64,000 nt of DNA from assembly GCA_032718475.1 (NCBI GenBank), contig JAUCBJ010003131.1, positions 26,846-90,845 on the forward strand. Direction: 5' to 3'. Each line of letters begins with the position of its first letter. The first letter of the stretch is position 1. Of this stretch, positions 1 to 18,894 are shown in pieces. The translations under genes were made by a program, and so were the position numbers. The DNA is from Nemertoderma westbladi (Eukaryota; Animalia; Xenacoelomorpha). The notes under the pieces are model-generated. The model was not told the DNA's origin and ran no database searches. It worked only from the letters and a program-made list of their open reading frames with translations.

Positions 1-82
1 AAGCCTTTATAGTCCTGTGTGACCTCTCGACTGGGCTCCCCTGTGGCCTGTAAGCACATGACGGTTTATTCTTCACCTCCCA

Positions 83-2380
83 TCATCTCAGAAATGCTTT
101 GAACTCCTTACTGCGAAAACCTGGACCATTATCATCTATTACTTCCTCTGGTGGTCCCCATTCCACAAACACTTGTTGTAATTCCTTTATTAATGTTTGA
201 TGAGTCTGATTAGACACTTGCCACCAAATTACAAATCCTGTTGCATAGTCAAGTATTGTTAGGTATTTTTTATTCTCATGTTCCGTAAAATCTGTAGATA
301 GTCTCTCCCATCCTTTTTCAGTTTTACAGCTTCCTGAGGCCATTCTAATTGGAGTTGGATCGATTGATTTACATCTCTCACAATCTAAACAACATTCTTT
401 AATCCACTCCCTAGGAACATCAATTTCATAATTTGTTACATAACATTTGAGTACGATCCGTACCTATATGAGCAATTTCATGAATCTCTTTAATTCTCTC
501 AATCACGTGTGCTTTGTTGCAAGGAACATTGTGTGCTTGTATTCCTATTCCTGCTATTTCCCCTATGTTTTTATTTTCGTCATTCCCCTTTAACCATAAT
601 TTCGGAACTCTGGTTAAGCAATCTGCCAGGTTCTTAGTAGATGTAATTTGCTGTATTGTCACCTTTATGCCATATTCATCCACAGTCCTCATTAATAGCT
701 CTAATCGTCTTCTTAATAACATTTTTGATAGATCTTTTGTCTTCAAATGGTGCTCATCATTCAACATTGATTTGATTCAACCATATGTTGAGCTCGAATC
801 TGTATATATCGTAATTGTTTTAAGACCCCACTCAATAGCAATGTTTAACCCCTCAATGATCTCAATCAGTTTTCTCAACCATGCTCTATCCTCGTCGACT
901 ACCCCACCAATCTTCACTAACGCCCCAATGGCTATTGTACTTGCATCGGCCCATACTTCTCCTACCTGAGTCTTCATTATTGGCCACTGACCTTGTGAGG
1001 GATCTACTTTATTGACTCTATCTACCACCTCAATGAGTTTCTTTCTAGTGTTCTCACTGATAGGATCATCCATGCTAACTGATGATTCTTGGCATTGTAG
1101 CCACCCACATGCAACGCGCAACCAACCAGAAATTAAATAATTACCTCAGAGTTGACCAATCACAGCCAAAAATTTTCGATGTGTCACTATCCCTTGAATA
1201 GATTCTAATATCGGTAAATAGCTGTCTCTGATCCATCGACCATCCTTCACATACACTCCCAATATTCGAGCCCCATTATTAACCTCCACTGGTTCTTTAG
1301 ATTCAAGCCCAAATTTCTTCAAATGATTTCTAACATCATCAGCTGTAATTCCAGAATCCAGGTCCACATAGACATCATCACGGAAACTTTCTGTGGCCTT
1401 CTCAATCTTCTCGGCTTGTTTTACAACAGTCTCTACAATATTGTAAAGTATCTTTGGTGCTGGGCTCAGTCCAAAACCAAGCTTGGTCATACAATATCGT
1501 TTGTCCTTATACTCAACAACTTGGTATGGATGCAGTTTAGAATCCACAATGACCTGCATATAGGCCCACTTCAAGTCAATCAGTGTTGTACTTTCACCCA
1601 TGGTAGCCCACTTTCTCAGTTTCTCAACACTGGCAGCTGATTCCGTTCCAGTTTCATTTATAATAAATTGATTGAATTCTCGAAAATCCATTATCGGATA
1701 TACTCGATCTTTTTTTGGTTCAGTTTTGTGCATTAGAGGAATGAGTGCTTTTGTTTCCCCGTGAAATTCTTTTAACCATCCTTTCGATATCCATTCACCC
1801 ATACCAATATCAAACTTATCCCGTAGTTCCTGGGGAATTTTGTACTGCTTTACTCTATTAGTCAGTTTGTCTGGGCTTTGACCAGTGATGAATCTATACT
1901 CTGTTTCCCACGTCTGCCCATTAAATTGAGCCACAAAGTCGCGCTTTTCTATTGTAATCAAAGGTTCAGGATTAATATTTCCAACTGCACACTCATTAAT
2001 TAGAAATTTGGGACTGAATTAAACAGCACACTAACAGTGTCTTTCAGCCCACATTGAATGGAGATCCCACCCATTTTTTTTATAATGTTCCATCCTATAA
2101 CTAAGTCTAAGCCCCCAACCATGTCTTTAATAACTAAAAATGCACATTTAGGCAAAGTGACATTATTAATTCTAATTTGTGTTTCAATTGTCCCCATAAT
2201 CACATCTGTTTTTGTACCATCTAACATTGAAATAGTGTTTCCAGCCATCTTTCAATCTAAAATCCCATTAATCCTAGCACTATATTTATGTGAGACAATC
2301 GACTGACTACAACCAGTATCTATTAACCCATCTACTGCAATTCCACCACATTCTGCCTTTATAATTGGCAGATTGGCCAT
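83..2380 (-). pseudogene. pol: pol fragments: aspartic protease, RT, RNase H, integrase
   Basis: LIDTGCSQS protease motif (~2300-2330). RT motifs IMDFREFN, IDLKWAYMQV, LGFGLSPAP and FRDD in ORF 1146-1961. RNase H WADAS...YTDS and KNLADCLTR in ORFs 426-1121. Integrase LSTD...ILDY...DDNGPGF in ORF 83-343. Confidence 0.85.
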
Positions 2381-2479
2381 TATTTTAGGGAAACAGCCAC
2401 TAGTGCATATGCCGTTCCCCTCTACTCGTTTCCCTGGCTCTGTAGCCTTCCACTTGGCCGCATGGAACTATCTGCTCCG

Positions 2480-3422
2480 AGTATGTTTCAGTACAGTTGC
2501 GAGCTGTGGTCTGGTCCTCCACATCTAAAACAATTACTGGCAATCAAATCCGTATAGTTGTGGTAACTTGATTCTCCCCAACATTCTCGTGCATAATGTC
2601 CACTTTTTCCACATCTGAAGCAGTTAATCCCAAATCCTTGGCGTTGACCCCGGGATATATTTACTTGCCCTCGGCCAATTCTGAAATTTCCTCCATCTCA
2701 ACCACGACCAGTTGTAAGATTGCCTATCTCTCGTCCCCGACCGAAACTTGTCCCATCTCGCTCTCGATGGAAACTTCCACCTCCTCGGGGATTTTGGAAA
2801 TTTCCAGGAAATCCTCCAGCAGCTCCAACAGATCCCATTGGATACGGTAGGCCAGCAACTAATCCCCCTGCAGCTCCTACGGTGGCAGAATCCTTATGTT
2901 GTTCTGACAATAATCTGCGGGCCTGAACAATTAGGTTGTTCAGTTCCAATCCATCAACTAAAGCTTTGACCTCCCCAGCTATCCTTTCAGGAAGTCCACT
3001 GACGAACTGCAGAGCAATAATTATATTAGATACAACTGTATCTATCGTGTTTAGTTTTATTTCATCAGCCACTAATCCAAACAGTCGTTTTAAATCGGCT
3101 AGGTACGTATCCGCTGCCTCCCCATCCTGCAGTTTCCGAATCTTAAACAGTTCATAGGCAGTATACTCGTTAACAGCAAATGCAGATATTAATGCCTTCT
3201 TTATTAGGTCACACTCTTGCTTTTCGGCATTAGATAATTGACTCACTACTTCATACGCTGGCCCATCTAACGACAATCGTAAATAAGTTGCCCGCGCCTC
3301 CTCTTTTAATCCAGCCTCGACCACTAATACATCATAAGTTTCATAAAAAATATCGCCAGCCACTGACTCGGATCTGTACTACCATTATACTTCTTAACAT
3401 AATCTGAGAGTTTTGGAGCCAT
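2480..3422 (-). pseudogene. gag: gag with two CCHC zinc knuckles (frameshifted)
   Basis: ATG at 3422 reads MAPKLSDYVKKYNGSTDPSQWL, then shifts frame into ORF 2698-3363 (YLRLSLDGPAYEV...QFVSGLP). Knuckles CFRCGKSGHYAREC (~2580-2625) and CFRCGGPDH (~2505-2535). Confidence 0.8.
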
Positions 3423-3812
3423 GTTGCCTGGTTAGCTTATAAGATATAATAAGTAATAGGCCTATCAATCGTAATATCATTAATATCAATCACACACTAC
3501 TCCAGAATCAGGTTTATATTAACTCCTGCACTCAATACACCACCGGTAGGCCTACTCAGTCGTTCCACCCTAACTATCTTATCTACCTGTTTGAATTTAC
3601 CGCCACCTTATATATATCGCAACTCAACCGACAGAGTCTCTTATTGTACCTTATAATTTCATTCCCGAAAATTAAGCGGTATGCTATTTTTCGTGCATCT
3701 ACGAAGTGGGCGTCGCACTGTGTACATATTTTGATTTCAGCACATTTTGTAGGTTTTCTTGGTCGCTGTTTCAAATGAAATTGCTCTAAAAATATGACTA
3801 CAAAGTAGTAGC

Positions 3813-4113
3813 TCATATTGGTGCACCAAAATTAGGGCGGTGCACTACAAATTTTAAAAAATACAAGATTCGCAAACTACACCAAAGTTGAGATTTTAAC
3901 GTATTTTTATAGGTTTTCTGGGCCGCTGAATCGATTGAAAGAAACAAATGAAAGAACCACAAAGACATGAGGCTTCTATATTACTTTCAATCGATTCAGT
4001 GGTCCAGAAAACCTATAAAAATGCTTTGAAATTAAAACTTGGGCATATTTTCCGAAACTTGAATATTTCAAAGTTTGAAGTGCCACGCCCTAATTGTGGT
4101 GCCCCAAATATGA
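3813..4113. mobile_element. Palindromic (foldback/MITE-like) element
   Basis: Outer arms tcatattggtgcacc..attagggcg / cgccctaatt..gccccaaatatga. Inner ~37-bp arms at 3905-3941 and 3984-4020 are near-perfect reverse complements. Confidence 0.6.
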
Positions 4114-4418
4114 CGTGCCAATACACGTACATACTTGTATAGAGCAGTGGAGTGCTCCATAGCAATCAGAATCAATAAAAACGACAAAACATCACTAAGG
4201 ACGAACTTATAAATGATCTTAAAAAATTCGAAAATTTAAAAAATATTTGTGTTGGGGACCAAATTTTTAGGTGGCACCCACATCGAAAAGTACAAATCCA
4301 ACTGCGACGCCGTTTTTTGCAAAAGATGCGCCATTAAATATGGCTAATTCTAAAAAAAATTGGGCTGATACATAATGTGGTTGTATAGATTTACAGCAAT
4401 TATAATCTAGGGGGGTTT

Positions 4419-4701
4419 TACACCTCCAAACTATTGGTTTCTCTATAAACAAGCACACCTCCAAACTATTGGTTTCTCTATAAACAAGCACACCTCCAAA
4501 CTATTGGTTTCTCTATAAGCAAGCACACCTCCAAACTATTGGTTTCTCTATAAGCAAGCACACCTGCAAACTACAGTATTGGTTTCTCTATTAGCAAGCA
4601 CACCTCCAAACTATTGGTTTCTCTATAAGCAAGCACACCTGCAAACTACAGTATTGGTTTCTCTATTAGCAAGCCCACCTCCAAACTATTGGTTTCTCTA
4701 T
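4419..4701. repeat. 35-bp minisatellite (~8 copies, some 40-bp variants)
   Basis: Unit cacctccaaactattggtttctctataa(a/g)caagca; period 35 (4421, 4456, 4491). Confidence 0.95.
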
Positions 4702-6359
4702 TTTGGATGTTAGTTTTTATGTTACGTATCTAAACTATCCGTTTGTCTGGTAGATGGTGGACTAACGTATTTCCTGACATACAAATAGACTGGGCTACCT
4801 TCTAGCAAACAAGAAAACCGACATTTGTAATGAGATCACCACCCAAAGATACTACACAATGAGAATTGTAGTTAAATTGTGACCAAATCACAACAAGCAC
4901 TAAAAATATCCATTACATTTAATCAGACTTACCGATATCACTAAATAACGATATATTTTGTTCTTGGTTATCATCCATACTCGGCCCGCAACTATTGAGA
5001 CTCAATGGAGACAAATTCCAACTCTGGTCATTGGCGTTGGCTACATTTTCCATTCTAGTTCTGTCCTGATCACGTCTTAATTTAACTTGGGCCGCAATAA
5101 CTCGCCTTCTTTCCCTGCAACAAAAAAGAAGTATCATTTAGTGTATGGCGGTAAGGTTAGGGTTAGGGTGCGATACATACTTGTATGTTGAGCATGTTTC
5201 AATATATTTATTTTTGTTTATGTCGTTTTTGTTTGTATTGTTTTTTATGGCCTTAGGGCTCAGCACTACTATGGGCGTAATGTCCTGATCCTATGTTTTT
5301 TGTTAGTTTGTGGGGTGTCAGACTCTAGTGTTTTACCCATAGATTTTACAAAAAATAATGGCAGATTCTGTAGGCCTATATTATTACCGGCAGACTCTGT
5401 ATTGTCACCGATGAACGGAACTAAAACAGAAGAAAATAACTGGAATATATTGCAGAGTAATGCCAAACACATTCAATTCATTTAATTTGAAAGTACAATA
5501 TCAGGTTACAGTTTTCAAGACTAACACTCAACTAGGATCAACTTTAATAATCTGATATCCGAATATATAACGAGTCCCCTGAATAACGTATGTATGTATG
5601 TTTGTTTGTTCTGTTTATCTCCTCCTAAACTACAGGCCATCCCGATATGGGGAAAGTACCGTTGGGTTCAGCGTGGTTTATAAGAAATATCGAGAATTCG
5701 AGAAAATCGAGAATACGAGAAACTCGATCAAATACCTGCTCATCCCAGTATCCGTCCATAGTCACCGGACAGCTGCGGTTTATTCACGTAGAACAGTAGA
5801 ATTCCCGCAGCTTCCGACCCAATTCGACAACGAATTCGCCTCACACTTTCGCGTGGCAGAGAACGTAATCCGGTGCGATACACATCTGCCCGACTTTCAA
5901 CAATTTCCCCCAAGCGATCCCAGGATCCGGCTGTCCGGGCCGCCGCTAAACCCAAATCGCAATCCTTTTGTCGATTCGTCCAGTCGTCGACGTAAGTCGG
6001 ACTCTTCCCACCACACTCCAAGGTGGGTGGCCTGAGTGAGGCATGAGGAACTTGGCAGTGGCCCGCATTACGATCCGACCGACTGCCGTATTCCCAGTGT
6101 AGTAAATAGAATTTTACTGACGAGCAAGCAATTTTGTAGTATTTATTCCTCAGTTAATCGCATCTTGATGCCTCTCGGCTGCTCGGGTCCAGATACATCG
6201 AACTGTCGGAAGCTGTTTAGATGAAGAAGTTGTTTAGATGGCCTTTGGCCTTGCCAACGACCAACGACCTGAAGACGGTACCGGTAACTCTGTACCACTG
6301 TAACTGTTAACAGTACCGGTACCATGCTGTAATACAGTAGTCTCCTAGCAACCAGCTGA

Positions 6360-6658
6360 TGCCAAGCCTAATAATTTTTGGGTAGATTAATTTATTATAA
6401 CTGTAAGACAGTTACACAGATGCTGCATGAAGACCCCACGCAAATTCAACTTGGAAAATTCCTAAACTTTGACCAGGCTACATGTGTACCAAGTTTGGTT
6501 AAATTTCATTAACATTTGACTGAGTTATTAACGTTTAAAATTGGACACGACAGAACAACAGATCGACAGAACGGCAGAACAACAGAACAACAAACACACC
6601 GATTGAGTTAGTGGTACCTGTATGCTAAGCTCGCTTACTTTCGTCGCTCGCCCCACAG
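6360..6658 (+). mobile_element. Helentron-associated (HINE/DINE-1-like) non-autonomous element fragment
   Basis: taccaagtttggtt core, cagaacaa-type microsatellite, then 3' ctcgc...ctcgccccacag. Same layout at 17990-18608. Left boundary approximate. Confidence 0.5.
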
Positions 6659-6691
6659 TAGTATCTACAGTATTAATAGATACTATTGTAG

Positions 6692-7193
6692 ACTAGCAAG
6701 CCTTGCGCGAGGAGCGTTATGGCTATCTTGCTATGTGTTATGCCGTAATAATTGGCTTTTAGTGGTTGTAGGGAGACCTAAGTGTAAAGCAAAGCAACAC
6801 CCCGTGACAATTTACATCAACAACAAATATTATTAACCAGCTAAGAATAAGAATGTATAGTCTATGGGAGATATAAATAAAATAAAATATTGAGGGTCTT
6901 TGGCTGGTTATATTATATTAAATATAGATATCACCAGCTAAAAACCCTCAATATTTTATTTTATTTCTATCATCCATACACATGTTACCGCTGGTGAATG
7001 TCTACCACTTCATCCGTTCGTTTAGTCTATGGACGGAGTGCCAGTACTGTAGTATATATTATGCAAAGCTGCTCATTGGCTATTCTGAACCTGAGGGAAA
7101 TTTCCCCAGATGCTTCTATATCTACAGCTCAAATTTTGTATAATATGTGTATGTATGTTTGTATAGCGCGCGAAGCGCGACTGGCTTGCTAGT
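6692..7193 (+). mobile_element. Non-autonomous Helitron-like/MITE element
   Basis: Inverted termini actagcaagcc / ggcttgctagt. GC hairpin cgcgcgaagcgcg just before the terminal CTAG. Internal inverted repeat at ~6874-6966. Confidence 0.55.
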
Positions 7194-7346
7194 ACCTTCT
7201 ATAACATCACATCACTTATCCTAATTAGGTATGTCAATTTATATATTCGCTCTCAAATTTTAGCTAAAAGTGTTTGGAAAATGTGCCTCCAACGATATCA
7301 TACTATATATAGTCATATGTACTGCAATTATTCTTAAAAGTAAAAG

Positions 7347-7504
7347 TAATAACTATTTACAAACTTGTGTGTAAAGTAGCACTTTACAGTGTGCTGATCC
7401 GAGTGCTTTGTTACACGAACGAACGTAGTGAGTGAGTGAAAATAAAGCCACGAGGATCAGACAACTGTAAAGTACTTTGCAACAAGTATGTAAGTAGTTT
7501 TATT
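7347..7504. mobile_element. Short palindromic element
   Basis: Arms aataactatttacaaacttgt..ctttacagt..ctgatcc / ggatcag..actgtaaag..acaagtatgtaagtagttttatt around the core cacgaacgaacgtagtgagtgagtg. Confidence 0.55.
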
Positions 7505-7582
7505 CCAAAATTATAACATTACGAAATGATTGTATATATTATAAGTGATAGCACACATTAAATTAGTTGCTGTATAAATAAA

Positions 7583-8173
7583 TGTAAGCGGATCCATCCC
7601 GCTACACGCCACCTACCAGCTAAGAGGGGAGATGGGCTGATTTACGAATCAGTTCAGGTATGTAGGCAATATTGCATAACAGAGAATGTAGGAAGCAATG
7701 TTAGCCAGGATATGGTTTTAACCCATCTCAGGGGAAAGGGGCTAACACAGGGCTGGGGGGACATGGGATTATACAAGTGGAATAAGCCGACCAATGGGAG
7801 GGCCACAGCTGGTGGTTTACAAGATGTAACGATTGGTTGGCAGGTTTACGTGTTAGGACTGTGTAATACATTCCCCCTAATTTTCCACATAATATATGAT
7901 TTCATCATATGACTACTAGTTATGTTGGCTATTATTCATGTACAGTGTCGCACAGTTTTCACCGTCGTCCGTAACATTTTTATACTGATTGAGCTGTATT
8001 CATTTAACGGTAATATTGAAAGCTATTATCAGCAACGATAAACCATTAACTCTTAATTTCAACCGGCCTACGGCCTTCAGTATTCTCAAGATACCACACG
8101 CGGCGACGCGTAGATAACTACGACCAGAGATTTACCCGGTCGGGATCCCATTGCCAACTCGGATCCCGTCACA
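7583..8173. mobile_element. Solo-LTR-like element, copy 1
   Basis: TG...CA ends (TGTAAGCGGATCC ... GGATCCCGTCACA). 5-bp TSD ataaa at 7578-7582 and 8174-8178. Confidence 0.8.
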
Positions 8174-8224
8174 ATAAATTTAAAAATGACATAAATTATG
8201 TTATAAAAAAGTTAGCTTATAAGG

Positions 8225-8392
8225 AAACCCCAGTACTCATTTAGCTACCACTTAAGGATGCAAGGCAGAGATGCGCCCTGGCTGATCCCTTTAAAGCATT
8301 CGTGCCGAAACGAAAACTGCCCTGGCCCATGTGAGGATCGAACCCACGACCTACGGGAGATGTGAATTCAATGCAACCACTACACCAAGGTG
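8225..8392 (-). mobile_element. tRNA-derived SINE (family B), degenerate
   Basis: Minus strand has A-box-like TGGTGTAGTGG and B-box GGTTCGATCC, followed by cagggcgcatctctgccttgcatccttaagtggtagctaaatgagtac. Homologous to 18895-19125. Confidence 0.65.
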
Positions 8393-8859
8393 GAATCTTC
8401 AACCTTACTTACTGCATTGTGGTGTTTGTAATAGTGGTTTGTTGGTACCGATGGAAAAGTGTCGTTCCAAGAATCCCAAATATGGATATTTATTTTGGGA
8501 TATCGCGGAGAAAAAAGTGTTCTAAATTATTTTCTCATGTTCTTATGTTTTCGGTATCGTGTGAATATTCTAGAATGAACAACCTTAGCAACTCTAGAAG
8601 TTTATTATACTTTTAGATCGCCTTGGCATTATATAATATAATAATATAGTAAGAGTAGAATGGAGTAGATAAACGTGGACTTTCCTTCTACTGTTGGCAC
8701 ATAGAATAATAAACAATCCAATCCGTAGCACAAGCCAACTCCGTGAAAGATACTGTACCGGTAGGATCGCCTAAACAGTGTTCCAAAATATGGTTCCGAT
8801 TAATAACATAGGTTTAATTAACAGTAGGTTCAAAAAAAAATTTAGTGCAATGCAAATTT

Positions 8860-9148
8860 GAGACAAGCTTGTATGTGCCGTAACTATAGAGACAAGCTTG
8901 TATGTACCGTAACTATAGAGACAAGCTTGTATGTGCCGTAACTATAGAGACAAGCTTGTATGTGCCGTAACTATAGAGACAAGCTTGTATGTGCCGTAAC
9001 TATAGAGACAAGCTTGTATGTACCGTAACTATAGAGACAAGCTTGTATGTGCCGTAACTATAGAGACAAGCTTGTATGTGCCGTAACTATAGAGACAAGC
9101 TTGTATGTACCGTAACTATAGAGACAAGCTTGTATGTACCGTAACTAT
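8860..9148. repeat. 29-bp minisatellite, 10 copies
   Basis: Unit agacaagcttgtatgt(g/a)ccgtaactatag; period 29. Confidence 0.97.
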
Positions 9149-10482
9149 AAAAATAAAAATATATAATATTGTCAGATAAAATTAAACTTACAGAATCAAT
9201 CTACATCGCTCACAATTACAATCCTTGAAGGGACAGTTGGGTTTGTGTCCCTTGAGAGGAACCGAGTTTATCTCGTGATTCCGGCATCTTGTACAAGTCG
9301 GTTTGCGTCCTTTCGTTTCCGGCATTGTCTCAATCGATTGCGTTGAAACAGCTCTCAGATAAATTTTATATATAACGCAGTAAAAAATAACCTTAAATAA
9401 TAGCTAACAGGTCGACAAAAGAATGATCTCTACAGTCAGGAGTAGATTCCTCCCATGCGGAGAATACCAGGTTTTCAGTTTTCGGTTCCACTTTTTATAA
9501 GAACTTTTTATATATTCAAAATCAAAATATCCGTAATATTTAGTTACAAAATCAACCCTGGGCTATGGATAAATAAAATATTTACAATAAACAAAAACAA
9601 ACAAAAATAATTTACAATATCATTATGTTTAAGGCTTAATGTTTGTTGGTAGTCGTATTAATTTGGCAAAGTATGTGATAATGCCAAAATTCGCCTGATT
9701 TGCCTCAGTTTACATCAAATTTAAATACTAAATTATATTGATTCTGTTATTCCAGTAACTTAATTTTTTGTACAACCTATCAAACAATTTCTTTTTGACC
9801 TCAAGATTAAGTTTTTATATATATACTGTAGATAGCAAAGATATTTGCTATATGAAAAGCGAAATCTGGAGCAAATTTTAAAGTCCAACCTATGTAAACA
9901 TTTTAGCTTAAGTTATACCAAATATTAAAGGCATGACTCGTAACAATGATAACCAAAGAGTTGCCCTTAAAATGGGCCTCCAAACCCGCCCACTATGGAT
10001 TAGGCACTGATTGACCAATGATAAGTAAGCACAACTCATTATCTTTTTATAGGGACCTGTACCCAAACCCATAAGTGATGTTTGTATGTATGGACTCAAT
10101 TAAAGTTGAACGGCCTTCTGGTTAAACCCTGCTGAGCGATCGGTTTGCATTATAGCCTTGATAAGCACAGCCGGTGCTGTTATGGTATAAATTAGATGTT
10201 CCCTGTATGACAAGACCTTATCTATAGATGCATTGTACAACACAATTAGACTTTGCTTGCATAAAGCCTACCTCATCAATCATTAAGGGATTTCTATCGC
10301 CATTACCAAACAGCGTTCACAAACAACTTGGACTCTGTTAGCTTTACATGATGGAATGTATTATTGTTTGCATTCTTTTGATATCAGGGTTTCCCAGAGC
10401 AAAAACATTCGCCCCCAACGTACAAAACGGCAAACATATAGGATCTGGAAAACTAATATAGTAATATACCCGTCACCTAAGA

Positions 10483-15743
<5,261 letters not shown>

Positions 15744-15947
15744 ACCTAAGAGATTTTCTATGTGTTATGGATGACTCATATTCTGAAGTTTGATTGTAAT
15801 ACTAAATCTTTTGTCTAAACGGGTGGGGATAAAATCATGAAAACTAATAAACTTATATAAAAAGGACAACATGGAGAATGCAGAGGAGTTCGGAAATACA
15901 TTTTCATTACCCTGAATACTAAATACTGAAGCTAGTTACAGTTGTTA

Positions 15948-16551
15948 TGTGACGGGATCCCCGAGTTGCGAGTTGGCGAGGGAATCCCGACCGGGTTTTG
16001 TCGTGGTTTAGATACGCGTCGCCGCGTGCTAGTGTGACTGAAGGCTTTGGGGCTGAAAGGCCAAAGGCCGGTAGAATAAATAAGTTAACAACTTAATGTT
16101 GATATAATGTCAGATGTACAGTATGTATAACTACCGGTAACACAGCACAATAATAGCAGTACTGGCGACGGTTGAAAACCGTCCGACTTCTACACTCTAC
16201 ATAGCCAACTGGAGGCACAATCAATATAGGTAACGGTTATATTATAATTACATGGGATACATTCCTACCTACTTTGGCCTAGCCAATGGATGCGCAATAA
16301 TTGATGGTAAACCGCCCCACCATTGGTTGATCTACTTTCTCTGGAGCCAAACCCATCTTTCCCCTTTGGCCTTTATGCTAGCTTCCACCCTGAGATGAGC
16401 TGGCATCTCTCCCTCTGGCTGGAAATGTATATTGCCCCGGTGTGTTGGTATGCAATATTATATTGCTAATATCGCATAGCCAATTATGATTCGTAAATCG
16501 TAACTTTCCCCATTTTCCGCTGGGTGGTGCAGCGAATTGGATCCGCTAACA
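15948..16551. mobile_element. Solo-LTR-like element, copy 2 (inverted relative to copy 1, diverged)
   Basis: TGTGACGGGATCC ... GGATCCGCTAACA. 5-bp TSD tgtta at 15943-15947 and 16552-16556. Shares reverse-complemented blocks (acgcgtcgccgcgtg, gattcgtaaatc) with 7583-8173. Confidence 0.8.
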
Positions 16552-17270
16552 TGTTACACCTTGTTACAGCTGTTACACCTAGTTACAGCTGTTACACCTA
16601 GATACAGCTGTTTCACCTAGACTAGTTACAGTTGTTAGACCTAGATACAGTACGTAGACAAGTTACAGCTGATACACGTAAACTAGTTACAGTTATTCCA
16701 CCTAGTTACAGCTGTTACACGTAGACTAGTTACAGTTGTTACACCTAGTTACAGCTGTTACACGTAGACTAGTTACCGTTGTTACACCTAGTTACAGCTG
16801 GTGTTGCACCTACTTACAGCTGTTACACCTAGATACATTACGTAGACAAGTTACAACTGTTACACTAGGCTAGTTACAGCTGTTACACGTAGACTAATAC
16901 AGCTGTTAGACCTAGAGTAGTTACAGCTGGTACACGTTGACTAGTTAGAGCTGTTTCGAGTTGCACCTGTTACATCTAGTTGCAGCTGTTACACGTAGAC
17001 AAGCTACAGTTGTTGCACCTAGTTACAGCTGTTACACATAGACTAGTTAAAGATGTTATACGTAGACAATTTCCAGCTATTACACCTAGTTATAGCTGTT
17101 ACTCTTAGATACAGCTGTGACACGTAAACAAGTTAGAGTTGATACACGTAGACTAGTTACAGCTTTTACTAAAACGTATACGAGTACAGCTGTTACACCT
17201 AGTTGGAGCTACCTAGTTGGAGCTGTTACACCTAGTTGCAGCAGTTACACCTAGTTGCAGCTGTTACACA
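16552..17270. repeat. Degenerate 19-24-bp tandem repeat
   Basis: Recurrent ctagttacagctgttacac(gtaga). The first unit lies left of the solo LTR at ~15932. Confidence 0.9.
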
Positions 17271-17989
17271 TAAAAACTACTATGAATTGAGCAACGATGA
17301 TGCTGCTTCTGTTGCATTTAAATCCAATGTTGCTTTACGTAAAGTCTACGGAATAATGTTGTACCATCTCCGTATCGCCCGGCCTTACTTGCCCCACCAG
17401 TTGTAATTAACACTTATTTTCGCGGCAATTTTCCCCAGTAGTAATTCACACTTTTTTTCGCGGAAATTTGCCCCATTAGTAATTCACATTTGTTTTCTTT
17501 ACAATAAAAGTAAACTTGACAGTTTTACTTTCATTTCTGTAGTCTTGATTATTTTACAAATATTTCAAAATTGTTAAAAATCATTTGTTATTGGCATGTA
17601 GGCCTACACTTTTGTTTGCTACAGCTACCGGTAATTAACCTGCTGCCTGAATACGTATTGTTTGGCAGAACCGGTTATCGGGCAGCTAACACTTACTACC
17701 TCCTTTGCTGTGTTATGGTCCGTTACGTCGTTAGTGCAATAAAGAACTTGGATCAGCACATTAGCTAGTTTAAACAAAAGTATGAAAATAGTTATAGTTT
17801 TTAAATCGTGATTCGTGTAACTTTTCGGAGACGCTCCCCAAACTTTCACGGTTTAATATACTAGGCCTATAGGTTGTCCGATAGTAAATACTTTCCTCAG
17901 TACTGTTTCTGCTTGGGATGTTGGCCTACCACATAATACTATTCCTTATTTATAGTTATACTGTAGTAGGCCTACCACAACACGTTCGT

Positions 17990-18608
17990 GGGGACTTCGC
18001 GCAGCACGAGACTGCATACATACAAATTTTGGATTAATTTCATCTGCAATTGCCCGACTTATTTCGGTTTTTATAAAAAGTCTGAAACCCCCGGTACCGA
18101 CTAACAGACTTGTCTTATTTCTGACCAAACTTCAGATACTTTCCAAACTTCTGATGGACTGCATTCGAACAAGTTTGGTTTAATTCATCATTTGATTGAG
18201 CGACTTATTTCAGCTTTTATCAAAAGTCAGAAACTACCGGTACCAAGTGTCAGACTGTCTCATTTTGGCAAAAACTCAGATTATTTCTAAACTTTTAACG
18301 GATTGCATTAACCACTCAGCTAACACCGCTTGAGGAAAATGAGGTATTCCTGAGAAATATAACATTTTGTAAAAAGCACATAATATGTCGTAGCTGACAT
18401 CAGACTGCATGATTTTTCACCAAACTTCAGAAATTTTCTAAACTTTCCCTCTACTACTTATCTACTAAGTTTGGTTCAATTCCGAACCAGCGTTACCGAG
18501 AAATTCGCGTTCAAAGATTTACCAGACAGACAGACAGACGGACATGCCCCATTGGAGCCTATATGAACCGTAGGCCAAGGCTCGCCGACTACCTGTCTCG
18601 CCCCACAG
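17990..18608 (+). mobile_element. HINE/DINE-1-like non-autonomous element
   Basis: Internal imperfect repeats (caaacttcaga..aaactt, aagtttggtt), (caga)n at ~18522-18540, 3' end ggctcgcc...ctcgccccacag. Left boundary approximate. Confidence 0.55.
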
Positions 18609-18894
18609 TCGGATATTCAAACTATGTTGGTGTTCGTCTGATGGTCTGCTATATGTGTTGGCTGCTGAATGATATCAGGTGCCCGGTCATATGGCATACT
18701 TTAAACAATGTGTGATATATGGTACTCTTTTTACCGTAATACTCTTTTTCTCCCTAGTTAGATAAAGTGCAACCTGAAAACCTGCAACTTCGTATACACA
18801 ATGGATAGAGAGGCAGTTTTCTAGAATAATTAATGAATAGATCGATGGAGAATCGATCGAAAATCGATGTTACTTGTGCGTTCAAGGTATTGGT

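Larger units (their letters stand above)
1..3422 (-). mobile_element. Decayed Ty3/Gypsy-type LTR retrotransposon internal region (gag-PR-RT-RNaseH-IN), cut by the window start
   Basis: Minus-strand domain order is gag, protease, RT, RNase H, integrase (Gypsy order). It is broken into several ORFs by frameshifts and stops. LTR and PBS not confidently located. Confidence 0.9.

Noticed and set aside
5155-5168. Telomeric TTAGGG repeats
   Set aside because: Only about two units; typical of Helentron-like element interiors or chance.
4919-6330. Short ORFs in a GC-richer segment
   Set aside because: No recognisable motifs or consistent splice structure; probably TE-derived; left uncalled.
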